From an uncultured Gemmatimonadaceae bacterium (GTDB taxonomy: Bacteria; Gemmatimonadota; Gemmatimonadetes; Gemmatimonadales; Gemmatimonadaceae): a stretch of DNA of 59,082 nucleotides. Location: assembly GCA_963822945.1 (NCBI GenBank), contig CAWGJO010000044.1, positions 1 through 59,082 on the forward strand, written 5' to 3'. Positions 49,853 through 59,082 of the stretch are shown one piece after another. The position numbers were made by a program, and so were the translations under genes. The notes beneath the pieces were generated by a model. That model was not told where the DNA came from. It saw only the letters and a program-made list of their open reading frames with translations, and searched no databases. Position 1 is the stretch's first letter. Each line of letters begins with the position of its first letter.

Positions 49853-52045
49853 TCACGCCAGGTTCATCCGCTTCAGCAATGCCTGGAATCTCGGGTGCCC
49901 GTGCAGCGGCGTGAAGAGAAACGAGTGCTTGATCCCGTACACGGCTCCCGCCCGCTCGGCGTACGCGCGCTCCAGACAGTCCATCGCCCGGTCGGCCTCG
50001 CCCAACCCCGTGAACACGTAGGCCAGGTGGTAGGGTGACACGTAGCGTTCCGCGGCCATCGCCTCCAACTCGCGCAGAATGTCGCGCGCCGCTTCGACGT
50101 TGCCGGCGAGGGCCTGGGCCTCTCCGAGCTGCGCCCGCCACGCGGTGCTGTCGGGGGCGACCGCGACGGCGCGCTCCAATGCGGCCAGCCCTTCGGCCGA
50201 TCGTCCGTTCTTGACGTAGGCCCACCCCAGCGTTGCATGGGCGCGGGCGTAGCGGGGGCCGAATTCCGCCGCGCTCTCCGCGGCTCGCAAGGCCTCCTCG
50301 TAACGCCCGGCGCGGAGGAGGGCCGTCGCGAAGTCGCATCGATGCGCCAGCGGATCGAGTTCCTGCGCGCGGCGCTCCATGGCGATGGCCTCGTCGTACC
50401 GGCCGAGGGACGAACACATGCGCCCGTACAGGTCGTAGGTGTCGGCGCCATTGGGACGCAGCTCGAGCGCGCGCTTGAACTCCCGCTCGGCGGTCGCCCA
50501 GTCGAAGTCGCACACCGCCGCGAGTTGGCCCAGGATGCAGTGGGCGTCGGCCAGCCGGTCGTCGAGGGCGAGGGCCTTGGCGGCTGCCGTCCGGGCGCGC
50601 GCGTACGCGACGTCCGGGTCCATGTTGCCGGTCTCGCCGAGTTCCTCGTACGCCATCGCCACGCCGACGTACGCCAGCGCGTAGCCGGGGTCCAGTTCGA
50701 TGGCGCGCTCGAAGTAGCGCACGCCCTGGCGCATGCTCTCATTGGTGAACTCGACGAAACAATGCCTGCCCTGCAGGTACAGTTGGTACGCCTGCAGGTT
50801 CTGCGTGGGCTCCCGGCGGATTTCGGTCCGCTCCTCGGGCGAGAGCTGCGCGTGGAGCGCGGCCCCGATCTGCAGTGCCACGTCGGTCTGGATGACGAAC
50901 ACGTCCGTCAGCCGCCGGTCGTACGTTTCCGCCCAGAGACACCGTCCCGTGCCGGCGTCCACCAGCTGGGCCACGATCCGCACGCGATCGTCCACGCGCC
51001 GCACGCTGCCGCCGAGCAGTGTCTCGGCGCCGAGCGCCGCGCCGAGCTCCCGGAGATTCGATTCGTGGCTCCTGAGGCGCATCATGGATGCGCGCGAGAT
51101 CACGTTGAGGGCGCCGATTCGCGAGAGGTGGGCGATGATGTCCTCGGTGATGCCGTCCGCGAAGTATTCGTTCTCGGGATCGGTGCTCAGATTCACGAAC
51201 GGCAGCACGGCCACGGACCGCGGTGTCCCGCGGGCGTGGGGCGGCGCCACGTCGCGCGGGTGCGATGTCGCGGCTGGTTCGGCGGGCGGCGCGGCCGTAC
51301 GCGCGGGCGCGTCCGTGGGAGCGCCGCGTTCGCGCGGGGGCGTCTGCAGCTGTTGGACGAAGGCGAGCAGTTCGGCGTCGGGCTCGAGGCCCAACTCGTC
51401 TTTGAGCAGCAGCGTGTGGACGCGGGCGTGGCGCAGCGCGCCCGCGGCGTCGCCCGTTCGGTCGAGCGCCCGCATGAGCCGCTGCGCGATGCGCGAGCTG
51501 TAGGGGTCCTGGGCGGCGAGGAGACGCCACCACCGGACGGCCGCCTCCGGGGCCGCGCGCTCCTCCGCCGCCTGCGCCAGCTCCTCGAGTGCCCGCGCCC
51601 GCTGGCGCGCGAACTGCTCACGCTGGGCGTCCACCCACCGTTCCAACTCGTCGGCACCCGGCAGGTAGAAGCCGTCGAGGAAGGGGGCAACGTGCAGTTC
51701 GACGGCGCGCTGCCACTCCCGGCGTTCGACCGCGTCGGCGAACTCCCAGGCGTCGCTGGAGAGCCGCGCCGGATCGAGCCGCAGCCCGTCGCCGATGGCG
51801 ACCAGGGCCTCGCCTCCCACGGCCTGGTTCACCCGGTACACGGAATCGGAGAGCAGGTGGCGGCCGTGTTCGGGCTCCGCGTCTGGCCAGAGCGCGCCGA
51901 CCAGCTTGTCGCGCGTGAGGCCGCGCTCGCGGGCCAGGGAGAGGAGCGCGAGCAGGCCGATGCGCCGCCGCTGCACCGCGCGGCCGGTGAGCGGACCGTC
52001 GGGACCTTCGATGGAAGCGCTGCCGAACAGCTTGAGCCGGAACAC
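49853..52045 (-). CDS. SARP-like regulator: wHTH + BTAD + TolB-N-like domain + TPR
   Basis: RLKLFG..LLALL..TRDKL..LWPD, DPYSSR..LMRAL, SVAVLPFVNLS..YFADGITEDII, TPRs; GTG start at 52045. Confidence 0.88.
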   Translation of the reverse strand: MFRLKLFGSASIEGPDGPLTGRAVQRRRIGLLALLSLARERGLTRDKLVGALWPDAEPEHGRHLLSDSVYRVNQAVGGEALVAIGDGLRLDPARLSSDAWEFADAVERREWQRAVELHVAPFLDGFYLPGADELERWVDAQREQFARQRARALEELAQAAEERAAPEAAVRWWRLLAAQDPYSSRIAQRLMRALDRTGDAAGALRHARVHTLLLKDELGLEPDAELLAFVQQLQTPPRERGAPTDAPARTAAPPAEPAATSHPRDVAPPHARGTPRSVAVLPFVNLSTDPENEYFADGITEDIIAHLSRIGALNVISRASMMRLRSHESNLRELGAALGAETLLGGSVRRVDDRVRIVAQLVDAGTGRCLWAETYDRRLTDVFVIQTDVALQIGAALHAQLSPEERTEIRREPTQNLQAYQLYLQGRHCFVEFTNESMRQGVRYFERAIELDPGYALAYVGVAMAYEELGETGNMDPDVAYARARTAAAKALALDDRLADAHCILGQLAAVCDFDWATAEREFKRALELRPNGADTYDLYGRMCSSLGRYDEAIAMERRAQELDPLAHRCDFATALLRAGRYEEALRAAESAAEFGPRYARAHATLGWAYVKNGRSAEGLAALERAVAVAPDSTAWRAQLGEAQALAGNVEAARDILRELEAMAAERYVSPYHLAYVFTGLGEADRAMDCLERAYAERAGAVYGIKHSFLFTPLHGHPRFQALLKRMNLA

Positions 52046-52169
52046 GTTACGGCGAGGCGAGAGAAGGGCGATACGGGGGCGAGGGGTGGACGATGCTGGT
52101 TTCGCAATGTGCAGCGTCCCGAAGTCCGGCGGCAAGGTTGCCGCAACTACCCCGACGCAGAGGAATCCC

Positions 52170-52829
52170 ATGACACATCGAAGCGTGCCTTTCGATCGTC
52201 CCGCCCCCCCGACGCGAACCACCGTCTCCCGCTTCATTCGAACTGGAGCACTCAGCCTCGCGGCTCTCTCGATGCTCGCCGCCTGCGATCAACCGATCGC
52301 CGCTCCCGCGGCGAGCCAGCAGGCACCGGCGGCCTCCGCGTCGTTCGATCGCGATCACGGTGGGAACTCCATGGACGCCGATCACGGGCGGGATGGCCGC
52401 TCGGCAGAGGTCAATCGGGAACTCGCGGCCCTCCGCCGGCTCACGGCGCCCTTCCACAACATCAAGAACGCCATAGCGGCGGACTGGAACGTGCAGCTCA
52501 CCGGGTGCATGGAGAATCCGCCGGCCGGCGGGATGGGCTACCACTACGCCAACATGGGGTTCATTGACGGAACGGCCGAGGTGAACCGGCCGCAACTCCT
52601 GCTCTACGAGCCCGAGAAGAACGGACGGATGCGGTTGGTGGCCGTGGAATACATCATCCCGTATTCGTTCATCCCGGCCGACGCGCCGGCGCCGATGCTG
52701 TTCGGGCAGAAGTTCCACCAGAACGCGGCCTTCCAGCTCTGGGGACTGCATGCCTGGGTGTGGGAGCACAACCCGAGCGGGATGTTCGCGGACTGGAACC
52801 CCCGCGTGTCCTGCAAGTACGCGAAGTGA
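52170..52829 (+). CDS. Conserved-looking hypothetical lipoprotein (MGYHY motif)
   Basis: GAGGA RBS; lipobox LAAC; GGMGYHYAN, PQLLLYEP, LVAVEY, LHAWVW..NPSGMFADWNP. Confidence 0.82.
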   Translation: MTHRSVPFDRPAPPTRTTVSRFIRTGALSLAALSMLAACDQPIAAPAASQQAPAASASFDRDHGGNSMDADHGRDGRSAEVNRELAALRRLTAPFHNIKNAIAADWNVQLTGCMENPPAGGMGYHYANMGFIDGTAEVNRPQLLLYEPEKNGRMRLVAVEYIIPYSFIPADAPAPMLFGQKFHQNAAFQLWGLHAWVWEHNPSGMFADWNPRVSCKYAK

Positions 52830-52902
52830 CGTTGGGGCGGCGCCCGGCCGCCGCGGGCGCGGGCGCCGCTCTCCCACTCCCACTCCCACCAGGAACCGAT
52901 CC

Positions 52903-53193
52903 ATGCCCAAGTACATCATCGAACGAGACCTCGCCGGCGCTGGCAAGCTCACGCCGGAGGAATTGACGGCCATCTCGCAGAAGTCGTGCGCGGTGTTGAA
53001 CGAACTCGGTCCCAGCATTCAGTGGATTCACAGTTACGTGACCGACGACCGCATCTACTGCGTGTACGTGGCGCCCGACGAGCAGATGCTGCTGAAGCAC
53101 GCGCGGCAGGGCGGGTTTCCCGCCGATGTGATCGCGCGGGTGCATCGGATGATCGAGCCCGTGACGGCTGAGGAGGCGGTTGCGGCCGGCTGA
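52903..53193 (+). CDS. DUF4242 (SCO4226-like nickel-binding) protein
   Basis: MPKYIIER..AGKLT..WIHSYVTDDRIYCVYVAP..HARQGGFPAD. Confidence 0.88.
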   Translation: MPKYIIERDLAGAGKLTPEELTAISQKSCAVLNELGPSIQWIHSYVTDDRIYCVYVAPDEQMLLKHARQGGFPADVIARVHRMIEPVTAEEAVAAG

Positions 53194-53196
53194 GGA

Positions 53197-53231
53197 GCGA
53201 CGGGCCCCGGAAGTCGTCCGGGGCCCGTCGC
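53197..53231. terminator. Hairpin between convergent genes
   Basis: GCGACGGGCCCCGGA-agtcg-TCCGGGGCCCGTCGC, perfect 15-bp stem. Confidence 0.7.
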
Positions 53232-53254
53232 GGTGTTGCCTGGTTCGACGTGCA

Positions 53255-55945
53255 CTACTTCACGTAGAACCAGCCCGTGGTGGTGGAGCCGTCGTTCCAG
53301 TTTGCGGTCACGATGTAGAAGTGGCCGGACGCCAGGATCGACGTGTCGAATCCGTAGCTGTAGTTCTTGTTCGCTTGCGGCGAGAAGGCGTTGTCGAGAT
53401 GGAATACGGTCACGCCCGGTCCCGACCCGTTCAGGCCCATGTCCAGAACCGTGAGATTGCCGCTGGCGCCGGTGACGGCGTTGCCGTTCGCGTCGAGCAG
53501 CGTGCACTTGATGGGCAGATTCGAGCCCAGCTTCTGCGAGGACTTGGTGGGCGGCTGCGAACTGTAGATCGGTGACGAGAAGCAATTGTTCTGGACGTAG
53601 TGCACGGCCAGCGTTCCCGGCACCGGGGTCACGGCGTAGTTGGTCGGCGCGCTCGGCGTGATGACCGGGGTCGTGGCGTTGAGGCCCGGCAGCAGCGTGG
53701 CCGGCGCCGACGTGGTGCAGGTCACGGCGCCGGCGTCCACCGGCAGCAGGCCACCGATGGTGCACGGCAGCGACGGCACCGTCCCACCGTACAGCATCGT
53801 GCCGCTGCCCGCCGTAGCGGTCGCCGGCAGCTTCGCGATGGTGAACGTGGCGCTGCCGGTGCTGCCGAGGTGGTTGGTGTCACCGGCGAACGTTGCGCTC
53901 GCCGTGTACCCCCCGGCGTCGTGCAGTGTGGTGGGGGTGTACGTGACGGGTAGCGTGGCGCTCAATCCGCCGGCGCCGGTTGCCGATGCGGTGCAGGGAT
54001 TCTGCGTCGCGCCGGCGGAGTAGGGTAGCGAAGCCGGGCACGAGACGGCCGTGGCCGAGGTCGCCTTCGTGATGCGGAAGGTGCTGGATCCCGTGGCCGG
54101 CGTGTAGTTGCGCATTGCGGCCAAGGTCACCGTCGCCGTCGCCGTGCCGACATTGGTATTGTCGGAGTACGAGGGCGTCGGCGTGAGATCGAGGTTCGGC
54201 GCCTTCACCGTGGCGCTGCACGGCGTGAGAGCCGCGCCCGTATAGACAAGGGAATCCGGGCACGACACGGCGACCACCGGCTTGGCTGGTGTGATGACGA
54301 TCGTCGCCGTGTCCGTGGACACCTGGTACACGGTGCTGCCGCTGCCGCAGGTCACGGTGAGCGCGTACGATCCGGCATCGACCGGCGCCGATCCGCCCGC
54401 GGTGCTATACGACAGCGCCGGTGTGAGACCGTTGGAGCAGCTGCCCGTTCCGGGGTGGGCGAGCCCGTCGTAGACCGCGGTGTCGCCGGTGGCGGTCGCG
54501 GTGGTGGGGATGAGGTCGGCCGTGGCGTTGAATTGGATGCCCGATTCCACCGTGCCCGCGGCGTCGACGAAGACGACGCCGGCCGGCGCGTCCCCGCCGA
54601 AGGTCGGCGTTGCCGTCACCGTGTTCGTGCCGGCGTTGGGGCCGAGCGTCCAGCACACCGCCGCCTGTCCATTCGTGTCGGTCGCGTTCGCGACGTTCGT
54701 CGCAAACGGCCCGCACGCATCGTCGGTGAGCGTATCCGGGGCGATGGTGCCGCCGCCGGCGGTCACGGCCCACGCAATCGGCACGCCGGTCATGATCGTG
54801 CCCTTGGCCGTCTTGATCGTGACGAGCGGCCGGCAGAGCGGACTGAGTTCCTGGCCGACGGTCGTATCGGCCGAGATGCAGTTGCCGTTGGCGTCGTAGA
54901 CCGAATAGGCCGGCGCCGTGGCTGCGGCCTTGGTGGTGCCGGACGCGGCGGACGACTTGCCGGGTGTCACCGTGCTGCGATTGAACGACGGCATCCGCTG
55001 GAAGTTGATCGCCGCGCCGCCAACCCCGCCGGTGGCGAACAACGCGTTGTCCACGGCTCCGAAGGGGCTGAAGTTGATGGCTGCACCGCCCACTCCACCG
55101 GACGCGAAGAAGGCCGTCCCGGCATAGAGCGGTTTCGGGAGCACCAGGCTCGCCAACTGCTGCAGCCAGTGCGGGAGCTTGCTGTTGGACGCCGTGGCGG
55201 TCGGGCACCCGAGGAAGCTCGGGTCGGCGGGAGGCGTGATCTCGAAGCCGGTGCTTGCCTGATGGCCCAGCCGGAGCCGGCTGAAGACATCGGCGGAGAT
55301 TCCCAGCGAGCTGGGAATGCAGACCGCGACCACTGCCGAGTCGATGAGCTGCGACGACGTGGTGATCGAGATGTAGGTGGGATACTGGTCGAGTTTGGTA
55401 TCCAGTCCGGACGGTCCGTTGGGATCGAGTTCGTCGATCGTGAGCAGCGTGGGCACGGTGACCGTGTGCGCCTGCAGCGAAACGCCGGACTTCCCGGTGT
55501 TCGTGGTCAGCACCTGGGCCTGATCGGTGGGCTGGATGAGGAACGTGTTCGGCGAGAGGCCGGCGTAGCAGAGTACGCCGCCGATGAAGGCGTCGATCTG
55601 CGCCGGCGTTCCGGGGAGCGTGCCCTGCGATGCCTTCAACTGCACGAAGCTCACGATGTTCTGGGCTTGCGCGTGGGCGCTGGCGGTGTCCCCCGCCTGC
55701 ACGGACTTGTCGAGGTTGTCGAGCTTCCCGATCACCGATTGCACGTTGGGCGACCCGGCGCCGAAGGCCTGCTTGGCGAGGCCGACGAGCCCCGAAAACG
55801 TGGAGCACGTTCCCATCGTCGCCACGTCGGCGTGTGCCGACGGATGGCGCGGGCCAGTGACACGCCCGCTGTCGGAGGTGGTGCCGGTACAACCGGCGAC
55901 GACGATTGACGCAATGAGGGCTGCGGCGCCCGTGAGCTTGCGCAT
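53255..55945 (-). CDS. Large surface lipoprotein: helical domain, ZU5-like domain, Ig-like/MBG repeats, PxKF-like C-terminus
   Basis: Lipobox VAGC; NGQAAVCWTLG..GTNTVTA (Ig-like); VYDG..DAGSY, YTG..NVGTAT (MBG-like); LPIKCTLLDANG. Confidence 0.82.
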   Translation of the reverse strand: MRKLTGAAALIASIVVAGCTGTTSDSGRVTGPRHPSAHADVATMGTCSTFSGLVGLAKQAFGAGSPNVQSVIGKLDNLDKSVQAGDTASAHAQAQNIVSFVQLKASQGTLPGTPAQIDAFIGGVLCYAGLSPNTFLIQPTDQAQVLTTNTGKSGVSLQAHTVTVPTLLTIDELDPNGPSGLDTKLDQYPTYISITTSSQLIDSAVVAVCIPSSLGISADVFSRLRLGHQASTGFEITPPADPSFLGCPTATASNSKLPHWLQQLASLVLPKPLYAGTAFFASGGVGGAAINFSPFGAVDNALFATGGVGGAAINFQRMPSFNRSTVTPGKSSAASGTTKAAATAPAYSVYDANGNCISADTTVGQELSPLCRPLVTIKTAKGTIMTGVPIAWAVTAGGGTIAPDTLTDDACGPFATNVANATDTNGQAAVCWTLGPNAGTNTVTATPTFGGDAPAGVVFVDAAGTVESGIQFNATADLIPTTATATGDTAVYDGLAHPGTGSCSNGLTPALSYSTAGGSAPVDAGSYALTVTCGSGSTVYQVSTDTATIVITPAKPVVAVSCPDSLVYTGAALTPCSATVKAPNLDLTPTPSYSDNTNVGTATATVTLAAMRNYTPATGSSTFRITKATSATAVSCPASLPYSAGATQNPCTASATGAGGLSATLPVTYTPTTLHDAGGYTASATFAGDTNHLGSTGSATFTIAKLPATATAGSGTMLYGGTVPSLPCTIGGLLPVDAGAVTCTTSAPATLLPGLNATTPVITPSAPTNYAVTPVPGTLAVHYVQNNCFSSPIYSSQPPTKSSQKLGSNLPIKCTLLDANGNAVTGASGNLTVLDMGLNGSGPGVTVFHLDNAFSPQANKNYSYGFDTSILASGHFYIVTANWNDGSTTTGWFYVK

Positions 55946-56200
55946 GGGTAACGGTCTCCGAGTCGAAACGAGGGTCGATCGAATTTTGTGGCAGCCACGC
56001 CGGTCGCGTGGGGGGCGCCTGACACGAACCTACGCGCGTCGCTCAGCTACCGTCACCCCCCTGGCAACCAAACTCACGCAGACAATTTGTATGACCGATA
56101 TTCACCGGCGGATGCGGACTGTACGGCTGAAAGTGCCGCGCCCCCGCAACGCATGCGGATGGCTGATGCCGCGTCGACGCAACTACCCCGGGCGCCGCCG

Positions 56201-58927
56201 CTACTGGCTGGCGCCGACCAATCGCTTGAATGCGGGATCGTTCTGCAGCGCCTTGAACTGCCAGCCGGGATCCTGGCGGTAGGCGGCCGCGCGCTGCGGA
56301 TTGACGGCAAAATTGAGCTTGAGCATCCGCACGGCGTCGGAATCGTCTCCGAGCCTGGCGTAGGCCATCGCGCCATAGAGCGCGAGATCGCGGGTCGGAT
56401 CCACGCTCGCGTCGCCCAACGACCGCTGGATCACGTGCCGGGCGCTATCGGCGAGTGCGGGATTCGACTTGCTGGCGCGTGCGAGCACGGTGGCCACGAG
56501 CATGTCCGAGTACAGATGCCAGAGCTGGCGCTGCGGTTCCGGGGCAAGTGTGGTCACGGAGTCGGCCAGGTGCCACGCGCGGGTCACGTCGGGCGCAATC
56601 GTCGGGTCGTCGGATGTCATGACGAGCAGCTCGCAGTGCACGGCGCGGTAGTCCTTCGGGAATCGGCGGTGGAAGGTCTGACACCACTGCGAGGCCTTGT
56701 CGAAGTTGCCGAGGTCGTACGACGCGAACACCAGCCGGCTCAGGATCAGGTCGATGCCCGTCTGGAACTCGTCCGACTCGTACGCACGCTGGGCGGCGAG
56801 GAGGACGTCGGTGTTGGTGGTACTCGGATAGTTGTAGTAGAGGTGCGAGAGCACGGCCCAGGCACCCGCCTGGAAGCGGTTGATCGTGGTGGACTCTTCG
56901 AGGTCGTTCTTGGCGGCCGTGATCAGGGCGGCCTTCTTCTGGGGATCGGTTTGGAGATTGGCGAGCCAGCTGAAGTACTCGAGCGTCCCGCGCAGTTCGA
57001 GCGCATCTGCATTGGTGGAATCGATGGCCAGCGCCTTGTCGGCATGGGTGAGCCCCACGGCAACCCACTTCCGGATGGATCCCGGATTGCCGGCGAGCCG
57101 GGATCGACGGTAGGCAATCCGGCCGCGGGCGGTTTCGGGGTCGGGCCACTTGGGGTCGAGCGCGGCTGCCGCGGCGTACAGCGAATCCGCTCGGCGATAC
57201 GCGCTGTCGGTTCCGGCCGAGTCGCCGGCCGCGGCGGCCGCTTCCATGGCCCGGCGCGCTTCCTGGCCGCGTTGCAGCAGCAACCAGGCGTCGGAGTTCG
57301 ACGCCTCGGCGCGCTGCTGTTGCAGCTGGAACTGCTCCCCGAGTTGCTGCCTGATGAATTGCGCGACGATCGTCGACAGAGTGTCCTTGATGCCGAGCAG
57401 GTTGGTGGACGGGTACGTGAAACTGGACTTCTGCAGGTCCACGCCGCTCGCGTCGTCGAGGCGCACGGCCACTCTGATCTTGTTGCCGTCGCGTTCGATG
57501 GCCCCACGCACGAGGTAGCCGGCGCTGAGGGCGCGCGCGATGCTGTCGAGGCCGACCGGCGAGTTGCGATAGCGCCCGACACCGGCGCTGGAGATGACCG
57601 TGAAGCTCGGTGCGCCTTCGAGCGCTTGGATCAGCCCTTCGGTCAAGCCGTCGGCGAGTGGCTGGAGGGAGTGGTCCTTGGTCTGGTCCTCGAAATACAG
57701 CACCGCGATGCGGCGGGCGTCGGGGCTCGCGTTGATGAGGCGCGCCGCCGCCGCGGCGCCGGCGGCGGCGCGCCAGCGCCAGATGCCCCCGGCGGCGGCG
57801 ACGATCACCAGCGCCGCGATGGCCAGCACGACCGGTCTCCGCCAGATCGGGACCACGCCCGGGGCGGCACGCCACGATTGCGCCCCCGACGTCATCCGGC
57901 GGTTGGCCGCCGGCGTCATTCGCATGGCGCGCATGGTCGCCGTGGTCCCCACCGGCATGCCCATCAGATCGGCGAACTGGGCGGCGGTTTGGGGACGGTC
58001 GGCGGGCACCTTGCCGAGCGCGGCGAAGATCGCCTCCTCGACCTCTTCGGGCACGGCATTGCGCACGATCCGGATGCTCGGCACCTGCTCCATGGCGTGG
58101 CGCGCCATGATCTGCATCGAGTTCTTGCCGGTGAACGGCGGTTCGCCGGCAAGCATCTCGTAGAGCATGCACCCGAGGCTGTAGATGTCGGCGGCCGGGC
58201 CCACGGTCTCGCCGCTCGCCTGCTCGGGAGCCATATAGTAGGGGGTGCCCATCGACATCCCCGTTTGCGTCAGCTTCCGGTCGCCGCCTTCGGACACCGC
58301 GCGTGCGATCCCGAAGTCGGCGACGAGCGCGTGGCCACCGCTGAGCAGGATGTTCTCGGGCTTGATGTCGCGGTGCACGACGCCCTGCTCGTGCGCGTAG
58401 CCGAGCGCCTCGCCCACCTGCAGCGCGATGGCGATGGCGTCGTCCACGGGGAGCATGTGCTCGCGGTCCAGGCGATCGCGGAGCGACTCGCCCTTCACGA
58501 ACGGCATCACATAGTAGAGCAGCCCGTCGGCCGATCCGGAGTCGTACAGGCCGAGGATGTTGGGATGCTGCAGCTTGGCGGCCAGGCGGATCTCGCGCTC
58601 GAAGCGCTCGGCGCCGACCGACGCCGAGAGATCGGGGTGCAGGACCTTGATGGCGACTTCACGCTCGTGCTTCAGGTCCTTGGCGAGAAACACCGTCGCC
58701 ATGCCGCCCCGGCCGAGTTCCCGTTCGATGGCGTACCGGTTACCCAGCGAGGCGCGGAGCCGCGTCAGCGTGTCATGGTCCGGAGCATCCGCACGGTCCG
58801 CGGCGTCCGCCGTGCCGGCCGACGTCTGCCGTGCCGTCATCTCGACGGTGAAGTTCCGCCCGCAGCGATGGCAGAAGATCGCGTCGGCGGCGAGCGGCGT
58901 GCCGCAGTTCGGACAGACGTCGGGCAT
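56201..58927 (-). CDS. Hanks-type Ser/Thr kinase with N-terminal zinc ribbon, TM, TolB-N-like and TPR regions
   Basis: CPNCG..FCHRCG; LGRGGMATVF, HRDIKPEN, ADFG, GTPYYMAPEQ; RIAVLYFED..LADGLTE. Confidence 0.92.
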   Translation of the reverse strand: MPDVCPNCGTPLAADAIFCHRCGRNFTVEMTARQTSAGTADAADRADAPDHDTLTRLRASLGNRYAIERELGRGGMATVFLAKDLKHEREVAIKVLHPDLSASVGAERFEREIRLAAKLQHPNILGLYDSGSADGLLYYVMPFVKGESLRDRLDREHMLPVDDAIAIALQVGEALGYAHEQGVVHRDIKPENILLSGGHALVADFGIARAVSEGGDRKLTQTGMSMGTPYYMAPEQASGETVGPAADIYSLGCMLYEMLAGEPPFTGKNSMQIMARHAMEQVPSIRIVRNAVPEEVEEAIFAALGKVPADRPQTAAQFADLMGMPVGTTATMRAMRMTPAANRRMTSGAQSWRAAPGVVPIWRRPVVLAIAALVIVAAAGGIWRWRAAAGAAAAARLINASPDARRIAVLYFEDQTKDHSLQPLADGLTEGLIQALEGAPSFTVISSAGVGRYRNSPVGLDSIARALSAGYLVRGAIERDGNKIRVAVRLDDASGVDLQKSSFTYPSTNLLGIKDTLSTIVAQFIRQQLGEQFQLQQQRAEASNSDAWLLLQRGQEARRAMEAAAAAGDSAGTDSAYRRADSLYAAAAALDPKWPDPETARGRIAYRRSRLAGNPGSIRKWVAVGLTHADKALAIDSTNADALELRGTLEYFSWLANLQTDPQKKAALITAAKNDLEESTTINRFQAGAWAVLSHLYYNYPSTTNTDVLLAAQRAYESDEFQTGIDLILSRLVFASYDLGNFDKASQWCQTFHRRFPKDYRAVHCELLVMTSDDPTIAPDVTRAWHLADSVTTLAPEPQRQLWHLYSDMLVATVLARASKSNPALADSARHVIQRSLGDASVDPTRDLALYGAMAYARLGDDSDAVRMLKLNFAVNPQRAAAYRQDPGWQFKALQNDPAFKRLVGASQ

Positions 58928-59082
58928 CGCGTGAGCCCTCGAAGGAGTACGGCAGACGGGAAGCGCAATATGTGGGAGAGTGACACCCGTCGCCAAGGGC
59001 GTAACGCGCACCCGGGTGCCCGGCCGACCTCCGTAGGCGCCGTATTCCGCTGCCGTTCGGGCTCAGACCATCTCGAATTCCG

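Noticed and set aside
52871..52890. CTCCCA hexamer repeat as a phase-variation tract
   Set aside because: Only three intergenic copies; too short to support.
55946..56200. Riboswitch in the lipoprotein leader
   Set aside because: The GCTGATG fragment is on the non-coding strand; no full consensus.
31872..59082. tRNA-integrated genomic island or prophage
   Set aside because: No integrase, att repeat, phage or transposase genes seen in the window.

Overview
High-GC bacterial chromosomal segment. Gemmatimonadota-like is inferred from gene content and the multidomain Ser/Thr kinases, not shown directly. 1-4.2 kb: CzcCBA/CusCBA-type heavy-metal RND efflux operon preceded by a His/CxxC/RAPP leader ORF. 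4.2-16.4 kb: tightly coupled minus-strand cluster (lepA, GT9 heptosyltransferase, ROK and PfkB kinases, a STAS-HATPase plus STAS-wHTH pair, Cys/Met PLP enzyme, ftsE-ftsX-envC, double zinc ribbon, nfo). 16.7-31.9 kb: DUF58, BatA/vWA, mfd, two parvulin PPIases, pdxA, CNNM/CBS protein, CDF transporter, typA, an Asp-rich small protein and a stand-alone tRNA-Ile(GAT). 32-59 kb: accessory envelope and signalling genes (DUF2723, cytochrome c, AsmA, YceI, two Ser/Thr kinases, MutS-like ATPase, CocE/NonD hydrolase, BTAD-TPR regulator, lipoproteins). Single-base frameshifts in the efflux genes, lepA, mfd and typA look like assembly errors. No integrase, transposase, CRISPR or rRNA seen. Most notable: (i) non-coding long-hairpin elements built from short tandem repeats, two of them equal in length (184 bp) on either side of lepA; (ii) a RAPP arrest-peptide-like leader with an alternative RNA stem before the metal pump; (iii) a STAS/GHKL-kinase pair embedded in the sugar-kinase/ftsEX cluster; (iv) a lipoprotein with a ZU5-like domain whose terminal motif is duplicated with mostly synonymous divergence.
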